Assembly: GCA_020137815.1 (NCBI GenBank)
Contig: CM035354.1
Coordinates: 3,968,001 to 4,032,000 of the forward strand
DNA from: Hormiphora californensis
Lineage: Eukaryota > Animalia > Ctenophora
Direction of reading: 5' to 3'
DNA: 64,000 nucleotides
The translations under genes were made by a program, and so were the position numbers. The number at the start of each line of letters is the position of its first letter. The first letter of the stretch is position 1. Below the pieces are notes generated by a model. That model ran no database searches, was not told the DNA's origin, and saw only the letters and a list, made by a program, of their open reading frames with translations. Positions 1 through 11,027 of this stretch are shown one piece after another.

Positions 1-80
1 AGATAATACTCAATAGATGACAGTTGAGTTGGTCCCACTGTACGAAAGAACAAGAAGTGGGAAGATAAAAAAGTGTTTAC

Positions 81-740
81 CTTATTTTGGACCACTTTAT
101 GTTGCCGTTGGATGGTGATGGGAACTCCTAGAGCACGTATCTTCTCTTTAGAACTATAACTTTGTATATTTTCATAATCCTGTGGAAATGGGGGTTAATA
201 ATAACTTTGAGTAATTGACATAATATACCCAAATCAAACAGTGTGATAAGTTTCACCGATCACCCAACATAGTCAACAGTCAACACCCAACTAACAACTA
301 TCACCCAAGTACCAACACCCAACTATCACCTGTTGAACGCAGTGTACAAGATGGGATATGTTGTCGAGGCGGCTATGGTGTGACTCCAACAGATTCGAAA
401 GGCTCCCAGATAGGGAGGTGAGCTGATGTGTCACATTTATCAGTGATTGCACCACATACCCCTTACTTTGATCAAACACGGCCTGTAGAAATAATTATGG
501 CTTGATATTCACTACAAAAACTATGTTTTCTCATGCTAGAATGACTGTTTTTGTACTGTTACACACAACATAATTAGGGTATGGGGTAGGGTAGGATGGA
601 ATGCTCACCTGTTGATCTGCTGACGAGAGGAAGCTTTGCTCACAGAACAGTGCAAGTTGCTCGAGGTTTATGGAGCTCTCCTGTAGTTCCCGACGAGTGT
701 TCAGGACCTCGTCATTAAACAACGCTTCGTCATACAACAT
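81..740 (-). CDS. ABI: Abl-interactor (Abi/ABIL) family protein, 5' part; continues beyond window start
   Basis: Exons 740-609, 482-330 and 179-81 with GT-AG ends give MLYDEALFNDEVLNTRRELQESSINLEQLALFCEQSFLSSADQQ-AVFDQSKGYVVQSLINVTHQLTSLSGSLSNLLE..., matching the Abi N-terminal WAVE-binding helices (human [26 protein letters not shown]...KAYTTQSLASVAYQI). Confidence 0.75.
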
Positions 741-994
741 CCCTGGATCTATCTACCATTCCATCTACATCTTTTGGTTTAATGGTTATTCATTTCATTT
801 GTTACAACGGGCTCAGACATGGCGTCGGTATAGATAATTTGCTACAAACATGATTAGCAAATTATTCGGGACTCGGATCAAGAACAAGACGCTTGATTTT
901 AATTAATTGTTTTCGTTGATTTTTTCAAAGCTGGATAATAGACAAAAACATTTGTTACACTAAGCAAAACCAAACGGAATTATGGGTACGTCAG

Positions 995-1263
995 TCACTC
1001 TGCACGAGGCCCCAAGCGCCATCGAACCCCACCGGGGGCCAGCCCTCGCTCTACACTTCCGCTACTGAGTACTGGCCCCGTCGAGGGAGCTGGGAGTCTC
1101 CCGTCTCCGCCCAAATTAGTGTACGCAGATGTATGACGGTGTGAATAAGGTACAGCGAAAGACTTGGCATATGCTAGGCTACGGAACCGTAGTGCGGGAT
1201 GAGCTAATGCGGCAATTTTCAACCGACGCACGGGACAAATCACAAATACAAATACAAATACAA
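995..1263. other. GC-rich structured non-coding island with a (CAAATA)n tail; possible ncRNA or SINE-like element
   Basis: Crossing helices GGGGCCAG(1035-1042)/CTGGCCCC(1072-1079) and TACACT(1052-1057)/AGTGTA(1118-1123); hairpins at 1086-1108 and 1179-1192; B-box-like GGTTCGAT on the - strand; AT-rich flanks. Confidence 0.4.
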
Positions 1264-1480
1264 TTATAATTTATATCCCGCTTTTGGGCCTATGCATTGT
1301 TAGTGCTAGGAGGACGCCGTTTCAATCAGTCGATTGAAGCAACGCACCCACCACTAACAAGCCTTCTAAAACACAAACATGAAACAACGTTAAAAAATTA
1401 CGAGGGGTTTTTTTTTCGTTTTCACACATTTCTTTTTTTCGTCTTCACACTCTGCGCGGCGTTGGTCCTGGCAGACACGT

Positions 1481-1602
1481 TAAAGTGCGTTTCAAACGAC
1501 TTGACCTGAGATTCCTGGAAATTCAGGTTTCCCCTGTGTAAATACACGCGCAATGCGCCAAATTCCAAGAATTACGGGTCAAGTCGCTTGAAACGGACTT
1601 TA
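1481..1602. mobile_element. Small MITE-like inverted repeat
   Basis: Imperfect ~42-bp arms TAAAGTGCGTTTCAAACGACTTGACC... / ...GGTCAAGTCGCTTGAAACGGACTTTA. Confidence 0.6.
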
Positions 1603-2164
1603 GTTACTGGCACGACTTTCCGATAAATATTCATGTAGCGCGCGATATTTTGTGTTGTCGCGCCGCCAGTTTTCATATCGAGTTTATTTCGCATTTTTTA
1701 AATTTTGTCGGTTTGTCGTTTTAGACTTTCAAAGTTTGCCCGTTGCCGTCTATTCTGATGAAGAGTGGTTTTATTTTAGTGTATGCCAAACTGCACAGAA
1801 AGCAGCAAATCTTTTGATCCCACCCATGGTAAAGTCCATTTTTTTAAACTGTTCACCCGTCTGCAGTCACCGGTCACCCCCATTTTGTTGGCGGATTTTG
1901 TTTTGGATTTGCTGGCATCTTATCACTTCTGCTATATTTATTTCAAAAATCGGAATATTAAGTGTAACTTGATTTGATTTGATGATCGCTAAAGAATCTG
2001 ATGGCTATGGCCTATGCAGTAAACGTGCTTTTTAAATTTTAGGACTGTGCAGGGAAATTAACCAAATGAGCGATCTCGCTGTTTGTTCTGGCTTTTGCTC
2101 AGTTCCACCAAAATATTAAATCACTGTATTATTCATCAGTCATCAAATTTAGCTTAAAGGACTG

Positions 2165-4018
2165 ATGGAAGGCAAATTTATCACTCTATTTGAGTTCCTG
2201 CTAACCCGAGGAATTCAAGAAGGATGTGAAGAGTTCTGCAAAATTCTCCTGCGATTTCGTTCCCAGCCTCGCTCACCGGAGGATATTTCTAAAACATCAC
2301 ATTCCATTGAATCATCTGCATACAATCACTATCTGTTGAAGCATCTTACTTGCAGTGATATTCAACGTCTTCTCAAAGACTATGACGTGTTAGTAAAACT
2401 ACCAAATTCCAATCTGCTCCGGTTCGACCAAGAAAAAGTTTCAGTTCCTCAGAAGCTTCCCTTTTTGCTGCCATTCAGTGCACTAAAATCTAACAAATGG
2501 GCAAACAAAAGGTGTCCCCTGAGTGATCGGATGGAAAAGTTTAGCAGACTTGGAGGCGAGTCACAGGCTGGTTATCTGAGTGATGTTGTCTTCGAAGGGA
2601 ATCTGGATCATGAGAAATATGACAAATTATATGTTATCAGAGCCCTGACAATGATCTATTCACGAGCCAAGAAACTCAATTTTGAATCCCTTCTACCTTC
2701 TCCACCGACCTCAATAAACTCTGTGGTCGATTGTGAGATCTCAAGCAATCAGATCGGACACTTTATATCCCAGGTTATCATACTTCTTCTACCAAAATCA
2801 GTCATTCCAGTTCCATTTCGACGGAAGTTAATTAAAGGACTAAATGGGTTAATTGCTGGGAAACGAAAACAAGATTTCCTCCACCAATTACCATCTCCCT
2901 CGAATTCTTGTTCCCTCTCCTCCCTTCCTCCCCTGGCACTAACGGCCTGTCTTCACACCATCTGTGCAGAGATCATTGTCCCACTGATATCTTCCCGTGT
3001 TTGTATAATAGGGAAATCAAAATCCACCCGATTCTTCCACAGAGATCCCTACACACGTCATATAGATGTGAAGTATCATGATTACATAGAGCTGGTTCGT
3101 CCGAAGCCTCCAAAATTCGAAGTTTACGGAGTATATCCGGTAGTTTTGAGGCCCAAAAGAGGGATATCTGGTGGTCTGAGGATGATTTCACAACTAAACA
3201 AAAAGATTGGAGATAATGGGATACCCATGAATGTGCTGTTGACACCACTACACGCTATTTTGAAATCTGTACACTCTGGGATGCGAGACCGTTGGAACAT
3301 TTCACCAATCAAGGGTCGGATAGACCTGACAACGAAGATAGCAAACTTCACAACCCAAATGAAGGGATGTCCCTTGTATTACTGTATTGTGGACGCTGAA
3401 TCGTGCTATGATAACATGAATCTATCCCTTCTCTCCGGCGAAGTTCTGGAAAATCTGCACATGAGTGACTGGTATCACGTGATTAAGGTCCGGGTCCAAG
3501 AACACCACTCAGATAGAACTCGGTTAGAGAGCTTTGCCATTCCCTCTACAACATCCACCGCAGTGTCCCTTGAAACTGCCCTGTCCCATCTACCCAAACA
3601 TCTATCTCACTGTACCGTTTCATTTGTCAAGCAAAGTTCATTTTCGGCAAAATATGCCAAAGATTGGCTCCGGAAATTCCTACTCCGGTCGGCTGCTATG
3701 TTTCGAGGTCAGTTATTCATTCGAAAAAAGGGAATTCCCCAAGGTGCGACCATCTCTAAAATCCTTGCTGACCTGTATTTTGGGTACCTGTTCCGCCATG
3801 TTAACCTCGGGGAGCGGCCGAGTCTCTTTCTCTCTGCTACAGATGACATTCTCCTTGTTTCCACTGAACACACTGTGGTGGATGTGTTTTACAAAGACTG
3901 CAAAGAAGGGAGGTTTGAGTTCGTGGTAAAGAAAGAGAAAACACACTCGTATGAGGAGAGAAGTGGTCATATCATCAAGTTTTATGGCCTTGAGTTTGAT
4001 TTGTCCACTAATAAATAA
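2165..4018 (+). CDS. TERT: Telomerase reverse transcriptase (TERT)-like protein, divergent, intronless, lacking the C-terminal thumb
   Basis: QFP-like SNQIGHFISQVIILLLP; degenerate T region IIVPLISS...TRFFHR; motifs 1/2 RPK..GGLRMI; motif A YYCIVDAESCYDNM; long insertion between A and B'; motif B' KKGIPQGATISKILADLYF; motif C TDDILLVS; motif D FVVKKEKT; motif E FYGLEFD; then stop. Confidence 0.85.
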   Translation: MEGKFITLFEFLLTRGIQEGCEEFCKILLRFRSQPRSPEDISKTSHSIESSAYNHYLLKHLTCSDIQRLLKDYDVLVKLPNSNLLRFDQEKVSVPQKLPFLLPFSALKSNKWANKRCPLSDRMEKFSRLGGESQAGYLSDVVFEGNLDHEKYDKLYVIRALTMIYSRAKKLNFESLLPSPPTSINSVVDCEISSNQIGHFISQVIILLLPKSVIPVPFRRKLIKGLNGLIAGKRKQDFLHQLPSPSNSCSLSSLPPLALTACLHTICAEIIVPLISSRVCIIGKSKSTRFFHRDPYTRHIDVKYHDYIELVRPKPPKFEVYGVYPVVLRPKRGISGGLRMISQLNKKIGDNGIPMNVLLTPLHAILKSVHSGMRDRWNISPIKGRIDLTTKIANFTTQMKGCPLYYCIVDAESCYDNMNLSLLSGEVLENLHMSDWYHVIKVRVQEHHSDRTRLESFAIPSTTSTAVSLETALSHLPKHLSHCTVSFVKQSSFSAKYAKDWLRKFLLRSAAMFRGQLFIRKKGIPQGATISKILADLYFGYLFRHVNLGERPSLFLSATDDILLVSTEHTVVDVFYKDCKEGRFEFVVKKEKTHSYEERSGHIIKFYGLEFDLSTNK

Positions 4019-4085
4019 TCCGATTTGTTTTTTTAACATTTTTTATTGTTTTGTAATAATCTAACTGATATTTTAATATTTTTAG
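4010..4085 (+). promoter_or_regulatory. Intercistronic signals: AATAAA, U-rich tract, branch point and unpaired splice acceptor
   Basis: AATAAA 4010-4015 overlaps the last TERT codons; U-rich tract 4024-4053; CTAAC 4061-4065; TTTTTAG ends at 4085, 81 nt before the Raf ATG; no convincing upstream donor. Confidence 0.55.
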
Positions 4086-4166
4086 TATTAAATTCAAGAG
4101 TGCTCAGCTTCCGTTTCTATCGAACTTTGTTTAACCTTTCCTCCCTTGATAGCGGCAGGAAGAATA

Positions 4167-7100
4167 ATGGACAACACTGTAAAAGACAACACTGTTAAAG
4201 ATATTAAGCAGATTCAGGAGATAAAGAGAATAGAGGAGAAGAGTCTGCAAAAGCTGGAGCGACAGTTTGGGGGACTTGAAAATCCACCATCCATCTACCT
4301 AGAGGTGAGTAGATAATGAATTATGTATTTCATTACAACCGAGAGAGAAGAAGAGTGAGAGATCAGGAAATTAAATGATTTGGAATCCTTGATTGTTAAG
4401 AATCTAAAATGAGTGAGTAGCGTCATTCTATCCTTAATTCTAGCTCTATCTCGAATGCCTAAAAAATAATACTTCGTCTCTCTATCCACTAATTCAGTAA
4501 CTACGCCCACGTACAGCAGCAGTAGCCTACAAGAAAATCAATTTCAAATTTTAGTAACCACGTACAAAAAAGTATGGTACCTCAATGTATAACATACCTA
4601 ATACTCTCTATCGCTATTATTTTCCTTCACTTTTCTTCTTTTTTACACTTTCTTTAAAATCTACTCAATCCAATAGAGATGGCACAGTGAGGAATTTAGA
4701 GACGGAATAAAAGAGAGATGAATGGATATCAATAGGAGAGATAGAGAGAGAGAAATAGAGAGAGTCTGGGAGAAAGAGCGAGAAGGAGAAAGAGAAAGAG
4801 ATAGAATGAAAGCGAGTGAGAGGGAGAAAGAGAGAGAGAATGAAAGATAGAAGGAAATCAAATTCTTGTAATATGCATCCGTCTTTTCTCATTAATTTGA
4901 AGGCATGGAAAAATGCCTGTATTTTACAACAGACCATGTTTACCACACACACTAAAAAAACCTTGACTATTGCTCTGAATACCTTCTACGACAAAAGAGC
5001 GTGGGTAACCAGAAAAAAATCTTGTCTGATCGTTCCCTTTTTAATAACTAGTAATTCAATTTAACTTGACTAAATCTTCAAAACTCTGTATCGTATTGAC
5101 GGTCCTTGTCTCTTCATTTGTATTGAAACAATTGTAAACTGAACTAACTTGACTAAATCTACAACACTCTGTATCATGAATTGTATCACAATAGAGTTTA
5201 TAATAGAGGTCAGAGGGGTTATTAAAGGAGCACTATAACTGCAGCAGCCCCTGATAGAAAGGTGATATAAAATGAAAGCATATTATTATAATAACTGTTA
5301 GTTATGAATAACATCACCTATTCTAATTCAGTGCCCACGTACTGTAGCTCTATCTCTCAGTCCCTATCTTTCTCTCCCTATCTCTCATTCTCTCTCATTC
5401 TCTCCATCTCTCTACCTATCTCCCATCTTCTCTCTCCATCTCCCTCTTTCTCTCTTCTATCTCTCTATCTCACTCCTCTCTCACAGGAGAAGGAAGAGAT
5501 GCAGCGGAAGATTGGAAATCTCCAGGAAAAGATTATGGAGATGAGGCCACCGGATAAGACCATGTCCGCACTCAGTGGGAAGCATATCCGCGTTCAATTC
5601 CCAGAGACCCATACGCTGGTAAATGACGGAAGGCGCCGTGACATATCCCTTAGATTGGAGTATCGGACGGAGCGCGGGCGCGCGCCCCCGACCTGTGCTT
5701 CTCTCTTGACCCGATTTGTCCCCGATTCTGCTCCGGTCTCGGGCGACTCTCAGTAACACTAAGTTCCCTCTGTGGTGGCTCTAGATCAAATTCGAGTACC
5801 CTTTCCTCCCGTATCATTCCTTCCCCATACTACTAGGTCAAAGTTAGGAGTGGAGTTACCTTGGACGCCGCACTGAGTAACAAACTGCGGAACAGGAATC
5901 TTAGTAGCAATAGATGTAACGCCTACGATACACTCACAAGGTAAAGAGATGTATGTGTGTACGTGTCGTCGTGTCGTGGTTGTCTCGCAGTGATAATTGA
6001 TGATATCCCAATATGAACTATTCAGAGAGCTGTATCGGACAGACCATGCTGCGACAATGACAATGCTGTAATGACTGACAACTGACAAGGATGACTCAAT
6101 GACTGACAATGCTGACAACGTGAGTGACAACTTTCTCTCCTAAAAGTTCCAATTTTCACTAATTCCCATATGTTTCAGGACCCAGATAGATTGGGATCAG
6201 TATCTAGATCAGATAGACGCCGATCAGATATCAATATTTCTGATCGATCAAGATGGCCCTCCTGTCACCACCCCTCCTCCTATTCCCACCACACATCCTC
6301 TAGAAAAGAAAACTTTCATCAAGCCATCCTACTGTTCATGTTGCTCCAAAATCATGTTCAACGGCTACAGGTAGTATTTCATATCCATGATATCACAAAT
6401 CCCTGCTAGTTTTGATCCAAGAATTAATTTTCAGGATACCACAAATCCTTGCTAGTTTTGATTTCACTTCAGGTGCACGGTTTGCAATGAGCGGTATCAT
6501 GAAAAGTGTGTGAAAAACGCTCCTCTCTCCTGTAACGTGAATAACACTGCCTTTGATGAACACGACCCAGAGGAGGACCCCTTTACCAGGTTCGTTTGTA
6601 ACGGTTTTAGGGCGATCAAAGTATTTCTTCCTTGGACAACCCAAAACACCAATAGTGGTCTTGCCTAAACATGTCTTGAATCTTGATAGCTCCGATTGTT
6701 CCTTTAAATCATTCCAACCTAATATATCTCCCTCTCAGGAATACGGATGGAACCCCAGTCCACACGCCCATCTACCCCTCGGACGATAACTTCATCCCCC
6801 GAACCCGGAGCATCTCTGAACCGAATGTCACCTACAACGTCAACAAGTTTGGCAGCTTGCCAAAGCGGGCGGGTAGCGTTAAACCACCGCCCAGCACCGT
6901 GGTGTTAAGAAGGCCCCCAGAGACAGAACCTGAAGCTACTCCCAGTACCAGTGCAGTGACCACACCAAGTACACCCCGGCATATTGGAGTTTCTACTCCA
7001 ACACCTCGGAAACCAAGGGTCGCAGCCTCTGATGATTGGGAGATAGATCCCAACGATTGTAAGATTTATAAGGATATCATTGGATCCGGATCATTCGGGA

Positions 7101-8576
7101 CAGTTTTCAAGGGTTACTGGTTCGGAGTGGTAGCCGTCAAAAAACTCAATGTTACGTATCCGACACCCGCCCAGTTACAAGCATTTAAAAATGAAGTCGC
7201 TATCCTGCGGAAGACACGGCATCGTAACATCCTGTTATTCATGGGATGTATATCAGATCCTTTTGCGATTGTGACGCAATGGTGCGATGGTTCCACGCTC
7301 TACACTCGGCTGTATGTTGAGGACCATAAGTTCGAGATATCCCAGATGGTGGAAATAGCCAGGCAAACTGCCCAGGGGATGGATTACCTACACGCTAGGA
7401 ACATCATACACAGAGACCTCAAATCAAACAACATTTTCCTGTCGGAAGAGATCACGGTTAAAATCGGGGATTTCGGCCTGGCTACGGTTAAAAGCCGGTG
7501 GTCGAGTACAGAGCAGGTTATGATGGAACCCACTGGTTCCGTCCTCTGGATGGCACCTGAGCTGCTCAGATCTGAGACACCTTACTCAATTTACACTGAT
7601 GTCTATGCTTTTGGTATTGTCCTATATGAACTCAACACCAACTGTTTGCCTTATAATCACGTGCAAACGAAGGAGGAAATTATATTTCGGGTGGGTATGG
7701 GAATCTTGATTCCAGATGTCAAGAAAGTCAGGAGAGACTGTCCAAGGGATCTGAAGAGTCTTATGTTGGAGTGTTATAAGAGTAAACCTGCGAAGGAGCG
7801 ACCCACTTTCAAACAGGTAATATAGGAGTGTTGTGTGTGTATGTAATACTCATACATTGTTCCCTCTCTTTTGCACCACTTGTGCAGATGTGTATAATTT
7901 CTGTTTAGTTTGGTGCGTGAGTTAAATTATTACCATACATGTGTTTCAGATAATTAAGGGGATAGAAAAGGTGAAAGCCAACCTGCCGAGTATCACAAGA
8001 AGCAAATCAGAACCGAGTCTGTGCAGGTACGTGATAGTTCCAAAACCCACAGACCACAGTCTGACACCCAGCTTGCTGCTTGGGTGACCCACAACATACA
8101 CACACATACCTTTCACCACAAACGAACCAGAAAGTGCCCCTTGACTCACGAATTTATCATTTGATGTTCAAAGGTTTTCTACCCCTCACTTCACCCCTCG
8201 AACTTACCTCACCCCCTCAGTCCTCACTCACACTCTCACTCACACCTGCAGCGGCGACTGTCTCTCAGTTGAGTTGTTTGTACGAGGGTACAATCTAGCG
8301 ACACCTCATCACCACCACTCTACTTGCACCAATATATGGTATTTGTACAGTAGTGTTCACGTTGGGCTTTGTCTAGAAATAAGTGGCAACTTTTTCTGGG
8401 TAAAGCCCAAAGTTTGTAAAGATCCCACATGAACACCCTGTATTAGTAGACACGTGATCACTTTTGGACAAACCATGGCGTTTTGTTAAACCTTCTCCCT
8501 CTATTTCAGATCGAAGAATCTATCATCGTCCCCTCCGACGATTGATACAAGTCCACTGAATATAGGAGAGGCCTGA
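4167..8576 (+). CDS. BRAF: B-Raf-like serine/threonine kinase
   Basis: Exons ~4167-4304 (BRS motif [13 protein letters not shown]), 5487-5618 and 5837-5940 (Ras-binding domain), 6179-6370 and 6473-6589 (C1 zinc finger), 6740-7816 ([41 protein letters not shown]), ~7949-8026 (RSKSEPSL) and ~8510-8576; splice phases consistent. Confidence 0.95.
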
Positions 8577-9535
8577 CCTCATACTTCCTAGGACGGTACC
8601 CCCGCGATATAATAGACTTGAAATATCTAGTTTTGATGGACTCAGCTACCCCTATTTGAGTGTGTGCTGTGATGCTAGTTTGTGTGTGTGCAACTCTTTA
8701 TAGGTTTTAGTAAGGCCTGGGTGTGAACTGTGTGTGTGAATGGGTGTGAAGTGTGTGTGAAGTGGGTGTGAAATGGGCTTGAGTATGTGTGTCTGTTTTG
8801 CTGCTTCTGTTCAGAACAAATTGTGCTGAGCTGTTGAGGACTCAACAAGTGCTGAGTGCTGTGTTAGGGCTGGATCGCTGTATTATATACAAATTAATTG
8901 TTCTAGAAAGCGCCTTTATAGGAGATAGGTTCTGGTCACTGATTGGAAATGTTTTCGTTTCGGTGAAATAGGTACAACGCTGTGTGTGTGTGAAGTCATA
9001 GTATCTTGGGATTCGGGTTTTGCACAGATATGATATATTTTTTGAAGACTTTTGCAGGTGTATTGAAACAGAAAACGTTTGTTCCGAGCTGATAGCTATT
9101 ATTAGTGTGCTACTTTCTCTTCTCTCCTCTATCTATCTCTCAGTATCTCTCTCATTTTCTCGATCTCTCTATCTCACTCTCAGTATTTCTGTCTCTTTCT
9201 TTTTGTATTTCAATATGTTTCATTTATTTCTGCGGCAAAGGCCCTACCGGTGCCGACAATAAATCAATGATGTTATGATAGTCGAAAAACAATCCAACAT
9301 CCCTTCTCCAACTGACCACAACAACTACTTATTGTGCATCATCATCACTACTATTATCATGTACCACCGTAACAGGCCTACTGCTGTGGCTTTACCTTCA
9401 CACAACCACTCACAGACACTTGAGAAAGATAGAGAATGTGAGAGAGATTGCGGGGGCATGATGAGAGAGGGGATCAGCTAGTAACGATGAGTAAAAACAC
9501 ATACAGTGTGAACCCACGTGATCACTGTGTAACAA

Positions 9536-9537
<2 letters not shown>

Positions 9538-9580
<43 letters not shown>

Positions 9581-9588
9581 GAGAGAGA

Positions 9589-9630
<42 letters not shown>
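9538..9630. repeat. (GA)n microsatellite
   Basis: Direct reading. Confidence 0.95.
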
Positions 9631-9635
<5 letters not shown>

Positions 9636-10010
9636 GGCACTCGTCATGAAACAGCGACAATTGTGAGAACTAAAAACGACAGATTTTTATTGTTTTCTTG
9701 ACCTGGTCTCCTGCATCTCTGCAATTTGACACACATTTTTATGTTACACAGTACTCCGGTAAGTTTTACACGTGACCAAGCATGCATAACACATATTATA
9801 TTCACTCATATCTTGAGAGCACTTGGCCATGTCCCCCTGAGCTGTGTCTTGACGATATTGGGTTTAAAAGTTTTGACGCACTCTCTAAATCTCTCACTCT
9901 GACACACTTTGATAGCTGCTTGATCTTGATCTCTCTCTGACGTAGATATGACACTCTCCCTCTCTCTGTGTTTTTACTTGTGACCGCCCCTCCCTCTCAG
10001 CACACATAAC

Positions 10011-10796
10011 ATGAGCACGAGCCGACTCCAGGACGCTCAGTCAGACTTTGGTAGCCTATCTAAACTTGATACCGTCTCCGATCGCCTTTCTAAAGCGTAC
10101 AGTTTGACCGATCTGAGTGAAGTGAAGAGAAGAAAAGTTAGTGGTGATAGTACTTTCAATAAACCGACAGCCTCATCATCCTGCAAGTGAGTTGATACCT
10201 GTTACCTGTTCTGGTGTAGCAGTGTTGTTGAGTAACTGTGTAACTGTAAGGGGGTGGACAGAGGGGGTAGGTAGGGGGGGGGGGGGGGTGTTGTATTGTA
10301 CGTGTTCCTCATCGCCTGTAACAAGCACTCTTGTTCTAGCTAGCTAGTGGTGATTTTACAAGTTCATCCACATATTTCACATCTAACTACCAAGTCCAAT
10401 CAAGTGTGATATATTCATTTTCAATTTCACTGTGTGAACTAAAATCGTTTGAGGAACGATCAAAGCGGCTATCTTTTGTTCAAATGCAGCTTCACAATTT
10501 CTGTCGAGCCAGGGGCGTTACATGCTTGTTTCGAACAAGATAAAGAGAGAGAGTGGTGTAAATTGAGAGAGAGAATGCAGTTCGATGTTCATGCGAGTAC
10601 GATTGCATGTATCCTGCCCTTGTCACAAGTGCACAGTGCGTCCTGGCACTTTTCAGATACTCTCTCACAGCTCGATCATAGCTCACTGACCACCAACCTT
10701 GGCAGCTTTGAAAATCAAGCACTTGTTTACCGAGAATCATTATCCTTGAATCTCATTGTGATTCTTGTGGTTTATAATCTGTGTGAGAAAGTTTAA
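10011..10796 (+). CDS. Putative two-exon protein of unknown function (~160 aa)
   Basis: ATG 10011 after a CAG acceptor; phase-2 donor AA|GTGAGT at ~10185 joins in frame to the acceptor at ~10489, read to TAA 10796. No recognisable domain. Confidence 0.35.
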
Positions 10797-11027
10797 CAAC
10801 GATTTGATTATTTGTTTGATAATTTGTTTCTGCTCCTTTAGGACTAAGAAGTCTTGGTCTCGTATTGAAGAGTCGATAGCTCGTGATAGAAACAGGAAAA
10901 TCTCTGAATCCAAAAGGTATGCAATATGAATTCTCTAGAAGAGTGTCTCGCTTTTTTAAATCCCAACTTTGACCCCCATGCCTAATTGCGTGCTCCACAG
11001 CATCTCAAACCTCACCTTCTCCCCAGA

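Noticed and set aside
800-2160. Canonical telomerase RNA gene upstream of TERT
   Set aside because: No CTAACCC-type template on either strand, and no recognisable CR4/5 or H/ACA domain by eye.
2165-4018. RT as a Penelope/LINE/retron enzyme
   Set aside because: No GIY-YIG or APE endonuclease and no terminal repeats; QFP/T-like region and the A-B' insertion point to TERT.
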